NCBI GenBank assembly: GCA_963783575.1
Contig: CAWAOD010000003.1
Span: 128,001 to 192,000, forward strand
Origin: an uncultured Spirochaetota bacterium
GTDB lineage: Bacteria; Spirochaetota; Brevinematia; Brevinematales; JAOACQ01
Direction: 5' to 3'
Length of the DNA stretch: 64,000 bases
Position 1 is the stretch's first letter. Every line of letters starts with the position of its first letter. The notes beneath the pieces are model-generated. The model was not told the DNA's origin. It saw only the letters and a list, made by a program, of their open reading frames with translations, and ran no database searches. The position numbers were made by a program, and so were the translations under genes. Of this stretch, positions 1 through 9,454 are shown piece by piece.

Positions 1-1573
1 GCTGAACAGGCAGGAATTATCAGAAGCTTTTTCGGCCTACCTGGGAATGAATCCGGATAAGAATAATTTCCGGTTCATGGATTATCTTCTTCAGCTTCAA
101 TATTCGCTCAGCAAGGATGAAGATTTTTACATCAGCAGCAAAATGACAATTGAATTCCTGAAAGGCAATAAAAATTCAGCTGTTAAAGGGCTGATGAAAT
201 TTTATGAGCAAAAAAAAGCATCGCTGAAAACCGTTAGGCTACTCGTTACATACCTTAATTTGACAGGAAAATACAACTCAGCTTTGAGTATCTTAAAAAA
301 TGAAATTTTAAATGAGTATTCTCTCTATGATGATTACATCAATGTATTAACAAAGCTTGGAAAATTTGAGAACCTTTATGCCTGGTACCTGTCAAAATCC
401 GGTAATCCGGCTTTTCTGAGGAATCATGAGGATGAAATATTCCGTATACTTTTGCGCAATAATTTAAATCTGGCAAAAAAAATGGCTGAATATTCGATAC
501 GGAATAATAAGAATTATCATTTCGTTTATCTTTCCGGGCTTATTGATCTTAACGGAGGGGATGAGTCTACCGCTTACAGAAAATTTTTAGATGTTGAACT
601 TAATGATCCTTATTCTTTTGAATGGATCGTGTCAAAGCAATATGAGGAAGCCTTACGGACAAATTATTTTCAGATTTACCGGGAAGAATTGAATAAAAAA
701 ATCGAAAATCTTTCCACTCAATCCAATAAGACTGATCTATCAGCATTTTTAGCCGTTAATGAATCTGAGGATGGCAATTTTCATGGAACTGATCCCTGGA
801 TAAATGAGATCGAATTATTCAGGCAGAAAATTAATGGAAGCCTGACTGCTGTTTCGAATGAACAATTGGATCCTTATGAAAAATATGTTAAGTCAGGGGA
901 CAGCCAAATTTGCGGCTTTATCCCGGAATTATCCGGTATGATGGAAGCAAATATAAATGATAATGCCTTAAAAGCCAGGGCTGTTTACTATTACAGGGAC
1001 TGGTTTAAATCGATTCATTTGAACAGCCTTATCTTAAGCAGGCTGAATTCATACACAGAAATGCTTATGGGTTATAATAATTATTATCTAATGCTTGATA
1101 AAAACCTCCAGAAAGACCTGTTTCCCGTAGATCTTTTCGAAAGCGTCAATTCGGTTATCGGAGATACAAATCAGTCATACTGGGTTTTGTCGGCATTCAG
1201 GCAGGAGAGTTATTTTAACTATTCCGCCGTTTCACGCACAGGAGCAATTGGAATTTCCCAGCTTATGCCCGCAACGGCCGAAACTTTAAAACAAAGGCTG
1301 GGGAAAGAAGAATTGAGCATCTATGACTCAATGGATAATATCAATCTTGGAGCGGAATTTTTCAGGATTTTATTTAAAAAATACGGCGGAAATATCGCTT
1401 ATTCTTTAGCCGCTTATAATGCCGGTGAAACAACTGTAAATGCCTGGAGAAAAAAGTATCCTTACCGTAATGAACTCTGGTTTGAATGCCTGGATTATAA
1501 CGAGACAAGGGAATATATTAAAAATATTTATATCGCCAGGTTTTTTTACAGCAGAATATATAATAGCCACTAG
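1..1573 (+). CDS. Soluble lytic transglycosylase (SLT domain at C-terminus); 5' end probably lies outside the window
   Basis: SLT motifs RQES (catalytic Glu), GISQLMP, AAYNAG, ETREYI; the frame is open from base 2, upstream of the ATG at 47. Confidence 0.85.
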   Translation, partial: LNRQELSEAFSAYLGMNPDKNNFRFMDYLLQLQYSLSKDEDFYISSKMTIEFLKGNKNSAVKGLMKFYEQKKASLKTVRLLVTYLNLTGKYNSALSILKNEILNEYSLYDDYINVLTKLGKFENLYAWYLSKSGNPAFLRNHEDEIFRILLRNNLNLAKKMAEYSIRNNKNYHFVYLSGLIDLNGGDESTAYRKFLDVELNDPYSFEWIVSKQYEEALRTNYFQIYREELNKKIENLSTQSNKTDLSAFLAVNESEDGNFHGTDPWINEIELFRQKINGSLTAVSNEQLDPYEKYVKSGDSQICGFIPELSGMMEANINDNALKARAVYYYRDWFKSIHLNSLILSRLNSYTEMLMGYNNYYLMLDKNLQKDLFPVDLFESVNSVIGDTNQSYWVLSAFRQESYFNYSAVSRTGAIGISQLMPATAETLKQRLGKEELSIYDSMDNINLGAEFFRILFKKYGGNIAYSLAAYNAGETTVNAWRKKYPYRNELWFECLDYNETREYIKNIYIARFFYSRIYNSH

Positions 1574-1608
1574 TCGCTAGCTGAAAGCGGTTTATTATTG
1601 TTTTGTTT

Positions 1609-2031
1609 TTAATGCCCATTATGCTTTTTCTTTTTTTTAACCTGCTTTAATTCAAATTTCATTTTTTGAATTGCTTCTTTTTCTTCACGGCCAATTTTTT
1701 TCACCTCGATTTTACCGGCTTCTCTTTCTTTTTTAATCGCATCATAGGCTTTTTTTGTTCCCGCTTTTGATTTGAGTTCTTTTGAAGCCATCCTTTGAAG
1801 CCTTTTCGGATTTATAACGCTGATATCATCCGGCATAATATCATTTTCCACTTTAACAGGTTTTGAATAGTTAAGCTTGATTTTATTATTTTTAATCAAT
1901 GTATATACTTCAAGATCGGTCGGTTCAGAACCGAAAACCCATCTCGCAGCCGAATAATGTCCATCTTCGATTTTCTCAAATAATCCGACCCAGAATGGGT
2001 CCTCAAAATGTACTAATATTTTGGTATACAT
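1609..2031 (-). CDS. yjdF: YjdF family protein (DUF2992)
   Basis: Motifs VHFEDPFWVGLFE, FGSEPTD, INPKRLQR and a C-terminal KKKKKHNGH; GGAGG RBS at 2036-2040 favours ATG 2031 over the track start at 2145. Confidence 0.85.
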   Translation of the reverse strand: MYTKILVHFEDPFWVGLFEKIEDGHYSAARWVFGSEPTDLEVYTLIKNNKIKLNYSKPVKVENDIMPDDISVINPKRLQRMASKELKSKAGTKKAYDAIKKEREAGKIEVKKIGREEKEAIQKMKFELKQVKKKKKHNGH

Positions 2032-2051
2032 AAAACCTCCAGTTTGTAAAC

Positions 2052-2148
2052 GGTATGAAACGGACATCCCCTGGAGGAAGGTTACTGACATATTACTTTT
2101 TGATCTATGCATCCGGACTACCAACCGGATAGTGTTTTTATCCATACC
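2052..2148 (-). ncRNA. yjdF (azaaromatic) riboswitch
   Basis: Minus strand reads ggtatggaTAAAAACACtatcCGGTTGGTAGTCCGGATGCAT...TGTCAGTAACCTTCCtccaGGGGATGTCCgtttcatacc, matching the yjdF RNA consensus as I recall it. P1 (ggtatgga/tttcatacc) closes just before the yjdF RBS. Confidence 0.9.
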
Positions 2149-2237
2149 AATAAATCACTTATTTCCTTTAGTTAATAACTTTATTAATAACTTTTTTTTA
2201 AAACCTCCTTATATTGAGATATTGAGACTTAGAAAAT

Positions 2238-3971
2238 TTACATATCAAGGAAATCCTTGCCGGAGAAGAGATATCTTTTGATCTTCCTTGTCGATGTTTT
2301 CTCGAATTCATCCCTTCTGATACGCCAGCCGCGGATTTTTTTATAATCGGCAAGTTTTGAAGAAACTTCTTTTATATGCTTGTCAATCATTTCCTCAATT
2401 AATTCATCTGTAATCTTGATCGAATTGATGCTTCCGTAAGTATCGAAATATTCATAATTAGGCACCACATAAGCGTAAATATTTTCACCTTTGCTGTGTT
2501 CGGCTTCAGGAACGCCCACAATCAAGGATTCCAGGACAAACGGGCTGTTGTTAAGCTGTTCCTCAATCTCTTCGGGATAAACATTCTTTCCGCCAGCGGT
2601 AACAATAATATTCTTTTTTCTTCCCGTAACGTATAGATAACCCTCGTTATCAATCTTCCCGATGTCGCCTGTGTAAAGCCAGCCGTTTTTATCAAGAATT
2701 TCTTTTGTGGCCTTCGGGTTTTTATAATATCCCCTCATCACATTCGGCCCTCTAACAAGGATTTCGCCATTTCCTTCGATATCTTCTGAATCTATCCGTA
2801 CTTCAACGAGCTCGATAGGGATACCGACGGATTCATTTTTAACTTTCCTGTCAAGGCGGTTTACCGCAACCACCGGCGATGCTTCGGTAAGGCCGTATCC
2901 GTTAAGCAGTGTCAGCCCGAGTGTTTCAAAGCCTTTGGCAACCTTATAATTCAAAGGAGCGGCTCCTGAAACGGCGAATTTTACTCCGTCTAGAAAGGCT
3001 TTTTTCCTCAAAAACTTAAATATGGATTTACCGGCGTTATTATTTGTGAATTTATTGAGCCCGGTTGTCAGATAGTAAAGGCCCATTATAAGCTGCTTGA
3101 GAATAATTGGAAGATTACGTAGCTGCCTCATAATACCCTCGTAAAGTTTCTCAAAAATCAAAGGCACTCCGATCATAATCGTAACGCCGGTTTCCTTTAT
3201 GTTTGCAAGCATTTTATTCGGCTTCAGGCTTTCGGCATAAGTCAGTGTTCCGCCGACATAGAGAACCGTCATTTCAACTGCAAATTCGAAAGTATGATGC
3301 AGTGGAAGTAAGGAAAGTATTGTGTCTGTCGGTCCTATCGGAACGGCCCTGCACAGGTAATTAAACTGGTGGGCAAAATTTTTATGCGAAAGCAGAACGC
3401 CCTTTGGATTTCCCATTGTTCCGGAAGTATAAATCAGGGACGCGATATCATTCTCTTTTACGTCATTGAATTTTACTTTTGAGACATACTTTGCCCCTTC
3501 ATCAATGATCTGCGAAAAAAATTTGATTTTTTTGTCGGAACGTATCAGGTGCGGCACATCATCGAATAGAATGAATTCGTTAACAAACTTCATAAGCTCC
3601 GGTTCGCCGGAAATATTTTCATATAGAGATTTCGAAATGAAAATGATTCTGGCCTTGCAGTCCATTATCAGGTTTTTAACTTCCAGGTCTGACAGGCGTG
3701 CGTCCAGAGGAACGGCCCACACACCTTTGGCGACAATACCCAGGTAAGCCATCAGCCATTCCGGCCTGTTTTCCGAATATATCGCAACCATATGGCCGCG
3801 GCGCATATGTTTGACTTTGTCAAAATAAGCGGCAATATATTTGGCGTTTTTTTGATAATCTTCAAATGTAAATTTCCTATATTCTCCAGTGTCGTCTTTC
3901 ATCTGGCTGACTACCTTATCGCCGAAAATGCCTATATAATCGACAAGAGCCTGAATAGTCTTAATCTCCAT
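2238..3971 (-). CDS. Long-chain fatty acid-CoA ligase (AMP-dependent synthetase)
   Basis: AMP-binding motifs IYTSGTMGNPKG, GYGLTE, GWLYTGDIG, GRKKNIIVTAGGKNVYPEEIE. Confidence 0.9.
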   Translation of the reverse strand: MEIKTIQALVDYIGIFGDKVVSQMKDDTGEYRKFTFEDYQKNAKYIAAYFDKVKHMRRGHMVAIYSENRPEWLMAYLGIVAKGVWAVPLDARLSDLEVKNLIMDCKARIIFISKSLYENISGEPELMKFVNEFILFDDVPHLIRSDKKIKFFSQIIDEGAKYVSKVKFNDVKENDIASLIYTSGTMGNPKGVLLSHKNFAHQFNYLCRAVPIGPTDTILSLLPLHHTFEFAVEMTVLYVGGTLTYAESLKPNKMLANIKETGVTIMIGVPLIFEKLYEGIMRQLRNLPIILKQLIMGLYYLTTGLNKFTNNNAGKSIFKFLRKKAFLDGVKFAVSGAAPLNYKVAKGFETLGLTLLNGYGLTEASPVVAVNRLDRKVKNESVGIPIELVEVRIDSEDIEGNGEILVRGPNVMRGYYKNPKATKEILDKNGWLYTGDIGKIDNEGYLYVTGRKKNIIVTAGGKNVYPEEIEEQLNNSPFVLESLIVGVPEAEHSKGENIYAYVVPNYEYFDTYGSINSIKITDELIEEMIDKHIKEVSSKLADYKKIRGWRIRRDEFEKTSTRKIKRYLFSGKDFLDM

Positions 3972-4122
3972 ACCTATTCCTCCAAATTACCAGTCTGCCA
4001 CTTAATTATTTTACAAATAATCATAATTATTTTACCAATAATATATTTTTCATGCAAGAATGAGTATGGTTTTGTTTTTTTTAATAATTTGATATATAAT
4101 AAAATAAAGGAAGTAAACGTAT

Positions 4123-4482
4123 ATGAAAGGAATAATGATATTTTCGGCAACGATTTTATTCATAATATCGTTGTCGGCCCTTTCAGCCTGCCCTGACACA
4201 GACCTTGGAAACGGCAGCAATAGATATATAACAACACCGTCGGACAGGCAGACCGTAAGGGGTATTCAGACCATTGCCGTAACTCCGCCCGATAAGTTTT
4301 CCATCGACCATGTAGATTTCTTCATTGATGCTATTTTAAAGAAAACAGTATCCCAATCACCGTATACATATGAATGGGATACTCAAAATTACACAAACGG
4401 GCAGCACCAGATTTCGGTAAATTTATACAGCGTCGACGGGACCACCCTATCGGATGCAATTACCGTTTATGTCAATAATTAA
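4123..4482 (+). CDS. Small lipoprotein with bacterial Ig-like domain
   Basis: Signal peptide ending LSAC; VDFFID...PYTYEWDT...NGQHQISV...ITVYVNN Ig-like pattern. Confidence 0.7.
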   Translation: MKGIMIFSATILFIISLSALSACPDTDLGNGSNRYITTPSDRQTVRGIQTIAVTPPDKFSIDHVDFFIDAILKKTVSQSPYTYEWDTQNYTNGQHQISVNLYSVDGTTLSDAITVYVNN

Positions 4483-4527
4483 CAAAAAATTCGGCAGAAT
4501 TTAAAATAATTTTGGAAGGATATTGAT

Positions 4528-5442
4528 TTGGTTTTGGAAAGATTGTCCGGAATACTGCCGGTAAACAAAAGTCCGGGAATGGGATCATACGACGTTATTA
4601 GAAAAATCAAGCGGATACTTCCCCCGGAATTGAAAAAGGAAAAGATCGGTCATGGCGGTACGCTTGACAATCTGGCTGACGGCGTTCTCCTGATACTTTT
4701 CGGCGAAGCGACAAAAGCTTTTGATTTTCTTTTAAATTCCGACAAGGTTTACCTAGCATCGGTACAATTCGGCGCTTTTACCAAAACCGATGATGCCGAA
4801 GGAAGTTTCATCAAAACTTTTGAGAAGAAAGCGTCTATAGCGGATATTGAGGGAATATTGCCGAAATTTATCGGTGAGATCAGCCAAGTTCCACCTGAAT
4901 ACTCCGCTTTAAGGGTGAACGGAAAAAGAAGCTATGACCTGGCCAGGGAAAATAAAAGCATTGAATTAAAACCCCGGCTTGTGAATATTAAAGATATTCA
5001 GATTAAGAATTTTGATAATCGGATGCAGCTTCTTACATTGAAAATAACATGCTCGTCCGGAACTTACATCCGCAGCATCGCCAGGGATATGGGTGCTGAG
5101 CTTGGATGCGGAGGTTATATCTCCGGGCTTACCCGCCTGAAAAGCGGAGGTATAAATATTGAAGATTGCATAACGCTGGAAGATTTGGGTAATGAGATAA
5201 TGCCGAAAATTGAACTTGAAAAAAAAATGATAGGGCTCTGCAGAGCGGTCCAGCTCCCGGAACTTGAAGTTAAAATGGATAAAGAATATATAAGGAATGG
5301 AAAATTACTTGACAATGAGGTTTTTACTTCTGCCCCGGTTAATAACGGACTTTATAAAATAATCAAAGACGATGTTTTGCTTGCCGTGATTGAGAAGAAA
5401 AATAAAATCTACAAATACCTCCGGGTGTTTAATGAACTGTAA
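4528..5442 (+). CDS. truB: tRNA pseudouridine(55) synthase
   Basis: KIGHGGTLD catalytic motif, QVPPEYSALRVNGKRSYDLAR, CSSGTYIRSIARDMG; TTG start after AAGGA. Confidence 0.95.
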   Translation: MVLERLSGILPVNKSPGMGSYDVIRKIKRILPPELKKEKIGHGGTLDNLADGVLLILFGEATKAFDFLLNSDKVYLASVQFGAFTKTDDAEGSFIKTFEKKASIADIEGILPKFIGEISQVPPEYSALRVNGKRSYDLARENKSIELKPRLVNIKDIQIKNFDNRMQLLTLKITCSSGTYIRSIARDMGAELGCGGYISGLTRLKSGGINIEDCITLEDLGNEIMPKIELEKKMIGLCRAVQLPELEVKMDKEYIRNGKLLDNEVFTSAPVNNGLYKIIKDDVLLAVIEKKNKIYKYLRVFNEL

Positions 5443-6748
5443 GCGGTCAATCCTCCTCATCAATCCGCACATAGAAGATTTCGCGGCTTACGACCATTTT
5501 TCCAAACCGCTCGGGCTTATATGGCTCGCTTCATATTTAAAAGAACATTTCACCCTGCACTTTGTAAATGCGCTGAACAGGCTCCATTCATCATTGCCGA
5601 AAATGAGGTTCAAGGAAGGAGGCACAGGCGATTTCCAAAAAATAGAAATTGAAAAACCGGCTTTATTGAAAGATATACCAAGAAGATTCAAGCGTTACGG
5701 TTTAAGCGGCTTGTCTTTTACAAATGAACTTAAATCGCTTCCCGAACCTCCTGATTATGTCTTCATAACATCCGGTATGACATATTGGTATACTGGTCTT
5801 GAGTACACAATTAGCCTTGTTAAGGATGTATACCCGGATTCAAAAATATTTTTAGGTGGAATTTACGCCTCACTCCTTCCCGAACATGCAGCGAAACGGA
5901 AGGGCGCTGATTTTATCAACCCGTTTCAGGATATGGATAAAACCCTGGGCTTTCTCGAAAATATTCTTCAAGTTAAATTTTCACGCGGGTATAAACCGCC
6001 TTCTTATGATTTGCTTGGCGAATATTATTATGCCCCGCTTATGACTTCATCGGGCTGCGTATTTAACTGCAAATATTGTGCATCAAGCTACCTGTCCGAA
6101 TTCCGTCAGTTCCCTGCCGATATGATCACCGATGAAATAATTCACCTTAATAATGATTTTTCCGTTGAGAATTTCGCTTTTTACGATGACGCGCTTCTTG
6201 TTAATTCGTTAAGCCATATCGACAGGATACTTGAGGGATTTTTAGAAAGAAGAGGCGGCAATGTATCGTTTTACACTCCTAATGGCCTGCATATAAGGTA
6301 TCTGACCGAAAAAACGGCACGTCTGATGAAAGAATCCGGATTTAAGGATATCAGGCTATCCCTGGAATCCTATGACCCGGGTTTTAACAGTATTGAAGGT
6401 GATAAAGCCCGTATGGACGAATTCCGCCTTGCTATGGAAATTCTCTATTACGCCGGTTTTGAGAGAAAAAATATTAAAGCCTATTCTCTCCTGAATGTCC
6501 CGGGTCAATCCTTTAAATCGGTTGAAAAAACAATGGAGGCTGTTTATTCCGCCGGTGCTTTACCGATGCTTGCTTTTTATTCCCCTATCCCTCACACTCC
6601 GGACTTTAAAAAAGCCATGCAGATTAGCGGCGTCAATGAGCCGCTTTTCCAAAATAACAATGTCTATTTATACCGGAACGGGTTCGATATTGAACATCTC
6701 AATTATCTTAAGCAGATGGAATTGAGGTACAGGAAAGAAGAAATATGA
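5432..6748 (+). CDS. B12-binding-domain radical SAM protein
   Basis: CxxxCxxC (CVFNCKYC), N-terminal LLINP..PLGL..LAS, FYDDALL, TPNGLH; ATG 5432 overlaps the truB stop. Confidence 0.85.
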   Translation: MNCKRSILLINPHIEDFAAYDHFSKPLGLIWLASYLKEHFTLHFVNALNRLHSSLPKMRFKEGGTGDFQKIEIEKPALLKDIPRRFKRYGLSGLSFTNELKSLPEPPDYVFITSGMTYWYTGLEYTISLVKDVYPDSKIFLGGIYASLLPEHAAKRKGADFINPFQDMDKTLGFLENILQVKFSRGYKPPSYDLLGEYYYAPLMTSSGCVFNCKYCASSYLSEFRQFPADMITDEIIHLNNDFSVENFAFYDDALLVNSLSHIDRILEGFLERRGGNVSFYTPNGLHIRYLTEKTARLMKESGFKDIRLSLESYDPGFNSIEGDKARMDEFRLAMEILYYAGFERKNIKAYSLLNVPGQSFKSVEKTMEAVYSAGALPMLAFYSPIPHTPDFKKAMQISGVNEPLFQNNNVYLYRNGFDIEHLNYLKQMELRYRKEEI

Positions 6749-6754
6749 TGCCGC

Positions 6755-6847
6755 AGAGCCACGTATAACATCGTGTTATTTGGCGAACTAATGTTCGCCA
6801 CTGGCTTATATATTAAAGAGTGGATATAATGGCGCATCCTTGCGCCC
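6755..6847 (-). repeat. Three-hairpin dispersed element, copy A
   Basis: Minus strand: GGCGCA-agga-TGCGCC, ~30 nt, TGGCGAAC-atta-GTTCGCCA, ATAACA-cga-TGTTAT. Confidence 0.8.
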
Positions 6848-7147
6848 AGAGTTCATGCCGAGCCCGTCGAAGCACGGTTTCCATAGCGTAGATATCTGCT
6901 TATTAAATATTGAATTATCCGATTTTTATTAAACATTCTTATTTCATTCAATAGCGGGACAATAGACAATCGTTTTAACCTTCAAGCTAAGAAGCAATAG
7001 GAGCACGGACAATTTTGCTGAAAAATAATGTGAAATGGCGCTAATGCTGCAGAGGCATTAAAGCAGACTTATTTTATTGCTAAAGATTATTGGAAACTGC
7101 TACAGGAAAAAGAATCACTGGTATAACCTACAAATCAAACAATCAAT

Positions 7148-7236
7148 GGGAGCAGGATGCTCCATAACATTCTCCCAATAGTTAAAAGCTAGCCGAACGC
7201 TAGTTCGGCAGCGACACGATGTTGCAAAGAAGCTCT
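7148..7236 (+). repeat. Three-hairpin dispersed element, copy B
   Basis: GGAGCA-gga-TGCTCC, 28 nt, GCCGAAC-gcta-GTTCGGC, GCGACA-cga-TGTTGC. Confidence 0.8.
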
Positions 7237-7257
7237 TAAATAATTTTATTTTTTCTA

Positions 7258-7286
7258 TTGACATATGATTTTTTATGAATTATGAT
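7258..7286 (+). promoter_or_regulatory. Sigma70-type promoter upstream of the DUF6429-SWIM-cas region
   Basis: TTGACA (7258-7263), 17 bp spacer, TATGAT (7281-7286). Confidence 0.6.
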
Positions 7287-7465
7287 TAAGCGTTTGAAAT
7301 CAGTTGGATGCTATTCTGACAGAATGGTATTGATAAAATAATAAATAAAATGATTCCTTTCAAGAAACTAAGGCCATACCAAAGGTTTCTGGTTTTACCT
7401 TCAGTACCGATTTACTCAAAAATAATCATAACGGACCATTAATTATTATGAACCGGGAGGCGTTC

Positions 7466-7684
7466 ATGGATTATAACAAAGAAAAAGCGGACGAAGTATG
7501 CCTGGCTCTTCTGATTTTGACATCATTTGAGGAAAAGGGAATAATAAAAGACGAACCCATTCGTAAAGCATGGAAAGGGATGGCATGGGAAGTCCTGGGC
7601 AGGCTTTATGAAAAAGGGTATATCAGCGATCCGAAGAATAAAAACGGGGAAAGGATTAGTATACTTCGACTGCACTCTGTATAA
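7466..7684 (+). pseudogene. DUF6429 family protein, apparently C-terminally truncated
   Basis: MDYNKEKADEVCLALLILT...RKAWKGMAWEVLGRLYEKGYISDPKNK resembles DUF6429. The usual KSVxLTEEG tail is missing and a REP-like CTTCGACTGCACTC (~7664-7677) lies there. GGAGG RBS at 7456. Confidence 0.6.
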
Positions 7685-7761
7685 ACTCTGCCTCTGAGGA
7701 AGTATGGACTAGGGATTTGATGTTTTTTAACAGGAAAAAGGAACGGGGAGGAGAGAAAAAA

Positions 7762-9415
7762 ATGAAATTTACCGAAAAAGATATTCAAGCGATTACTTCG
7801 GAACAGTCATACCTGCGCGGTGTTGAATATTATCATGATGGCCTGGTTGAAATAACTGAACTGGCAAATGATTTTGTCCGGGCTGAAGTGGAAGGGTCGA
7901 TCACTTATATAGTGAAAGTGAACCTGAAAGATCTTGAGGATTATTCCTGCACCTGTCCATACGACCTGGGGGGAGCCTGCAAACATATCGCGGCAGTGCT
8001 TCTTGATGTACTGGAACAGCAGCATGCCGGTAAAATATCTTCCGTCATAAAGACCCCGGCTGCAGCGGAAACCACGGATGATATACTGAAAAAAGTATCT
8101 CTGGAAAAGTTGAGGAAATTCCTTAAAAAGGAAATGGATGATAATCCGGACATAAAAGACAGGTTTCTAATCCTTTTTGGTGAATTTTCTTCAAAAGAGA
8201 ACAGTCGGACGGTTGAGTATTACAGGAAAAAAATGACCAAATCCATGGAGGAATATGACCGGTACCATAGTTATATCTTATACAACGCTCCGGATTTCGA
8301 CCGTTTTTATAAAGAAGCAGACATCTGGATGTCAAAAAAACAAGCCTCTGGAAGCGATGAAAATTTACCGGGCGGCGGCGGAAAGTATAGCTGCGGTATC
8401 TGCAGGTGTGGATGATTCCGACGGGTATTTTTCGGATGAGTTTGAGTTTGCCGTCTCAGAATTCACGGATATAGCCGCCGGCCTGGATTTACAGGAAAAA
8501 AAGAATGCGATGGAATATCTATTTGACAGATATATCCGGAATGACCCGGACTACTATCAGGAATATTATGATAATGCGCTGAGAATACTGGCCGAAGGAA
8601 AGCAAGAGCTTCTCATCTGGGAAAACCTTTTGAAACCTTATTTTGAGAAAATACCGCAGGAAGGAGTGGAGGAAATCAATTATCAGGAACATGATATTTT
8701 GGATTCATGGCTCTGGATTCAGGACGGTCTGGATAGAAAAGAAGAGGTAAATAAAATATATGAAAATTATTACCACGTCAGCAGCATGATTTTCGAAAAG
8801 TATCTGGAGAAACTAATCGGGGCCGGTGAACCGGAAAAAGCGAAAGATATCGCCGAGGAGAGGGAGCCGCATTTATTTCCACGTGCGCAAATTGCGGCGC
8901 GCGAGTTTTTGGTTTCCTATTATAAAGGAAAAGACTGGGAAAAGTATTATGAAAAAATGGAGAAGCTGTTCAAGAGCAGTTCCGGATGGAATTATTATGA
9001 TGAAATGAAGAAGTCGCTTCCCCGTGAGATATGGGACAAAAAACTTCCCGATTTAATCGAATATATGAAAAAGAATTCTCATTATACGACATTGATTGAC
9101 CTGTATATCCGGGAAAACAGGAAAACCGAGGCGCTGGAAACGCTTCTCAAACAGTCGTGGACGGAGCCTCTGGCGAAATATCTGAAGACACTGGGTGATG
9201 TAAATCCCGGCTTATATTTTGAGGCGTTCAGGAAAGCCATAGAACCGCGGACTAAAGACGCTTCCTCCAGGGGGCATTATCGGAATGTGGCGGCATGGCT
9301 AAAAAAAATGAAGACTCTTAAAGGGCAGGAGAGAAAATTTCGGGATTTTTTGGATGAAATCAAAAGAAATAATACCCGCAGACCGGCTTTTTTGGAAGAA
9401 TTGAAGGGAATATAA
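7762..9415 (+). CDS. SWIM zinc-finger domain protein with helical C-terminus (split by +1 frameshift at A7 run 8334-8340)
   Basis: SYLRGVEYY...AEVEGS.TY.V...YSCTCPYDLGGACKHIAAVL (CxC..CxH SWIM) and C-terminal RRPAFLEEL; removing one A joins IWMSK to NKPLEAMK. Confidence 0.8.
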
Positions 9416-9454
9416 AAATAATGTTGACATTAAGATAAAAGAAGGGGGAAGTGA

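Noticed and set aside
2032..2145. N-terminal extension of yjdF in the ORF track
   Set aside because: It runs through the riboswitch; the RBS supports ATG 2031.
2203..2210. Orphan AAGGAGGT (minus strand) downstream of the acyl-CoA ligase
   Set aside because: No start codon or ORF follows at a usable spacing.
9424..9452. TTGACA just upstream of cas3 as a dedicated promoter
   Set aside because: No acceptable -10 at 16-18 bp and too close to the start codon.
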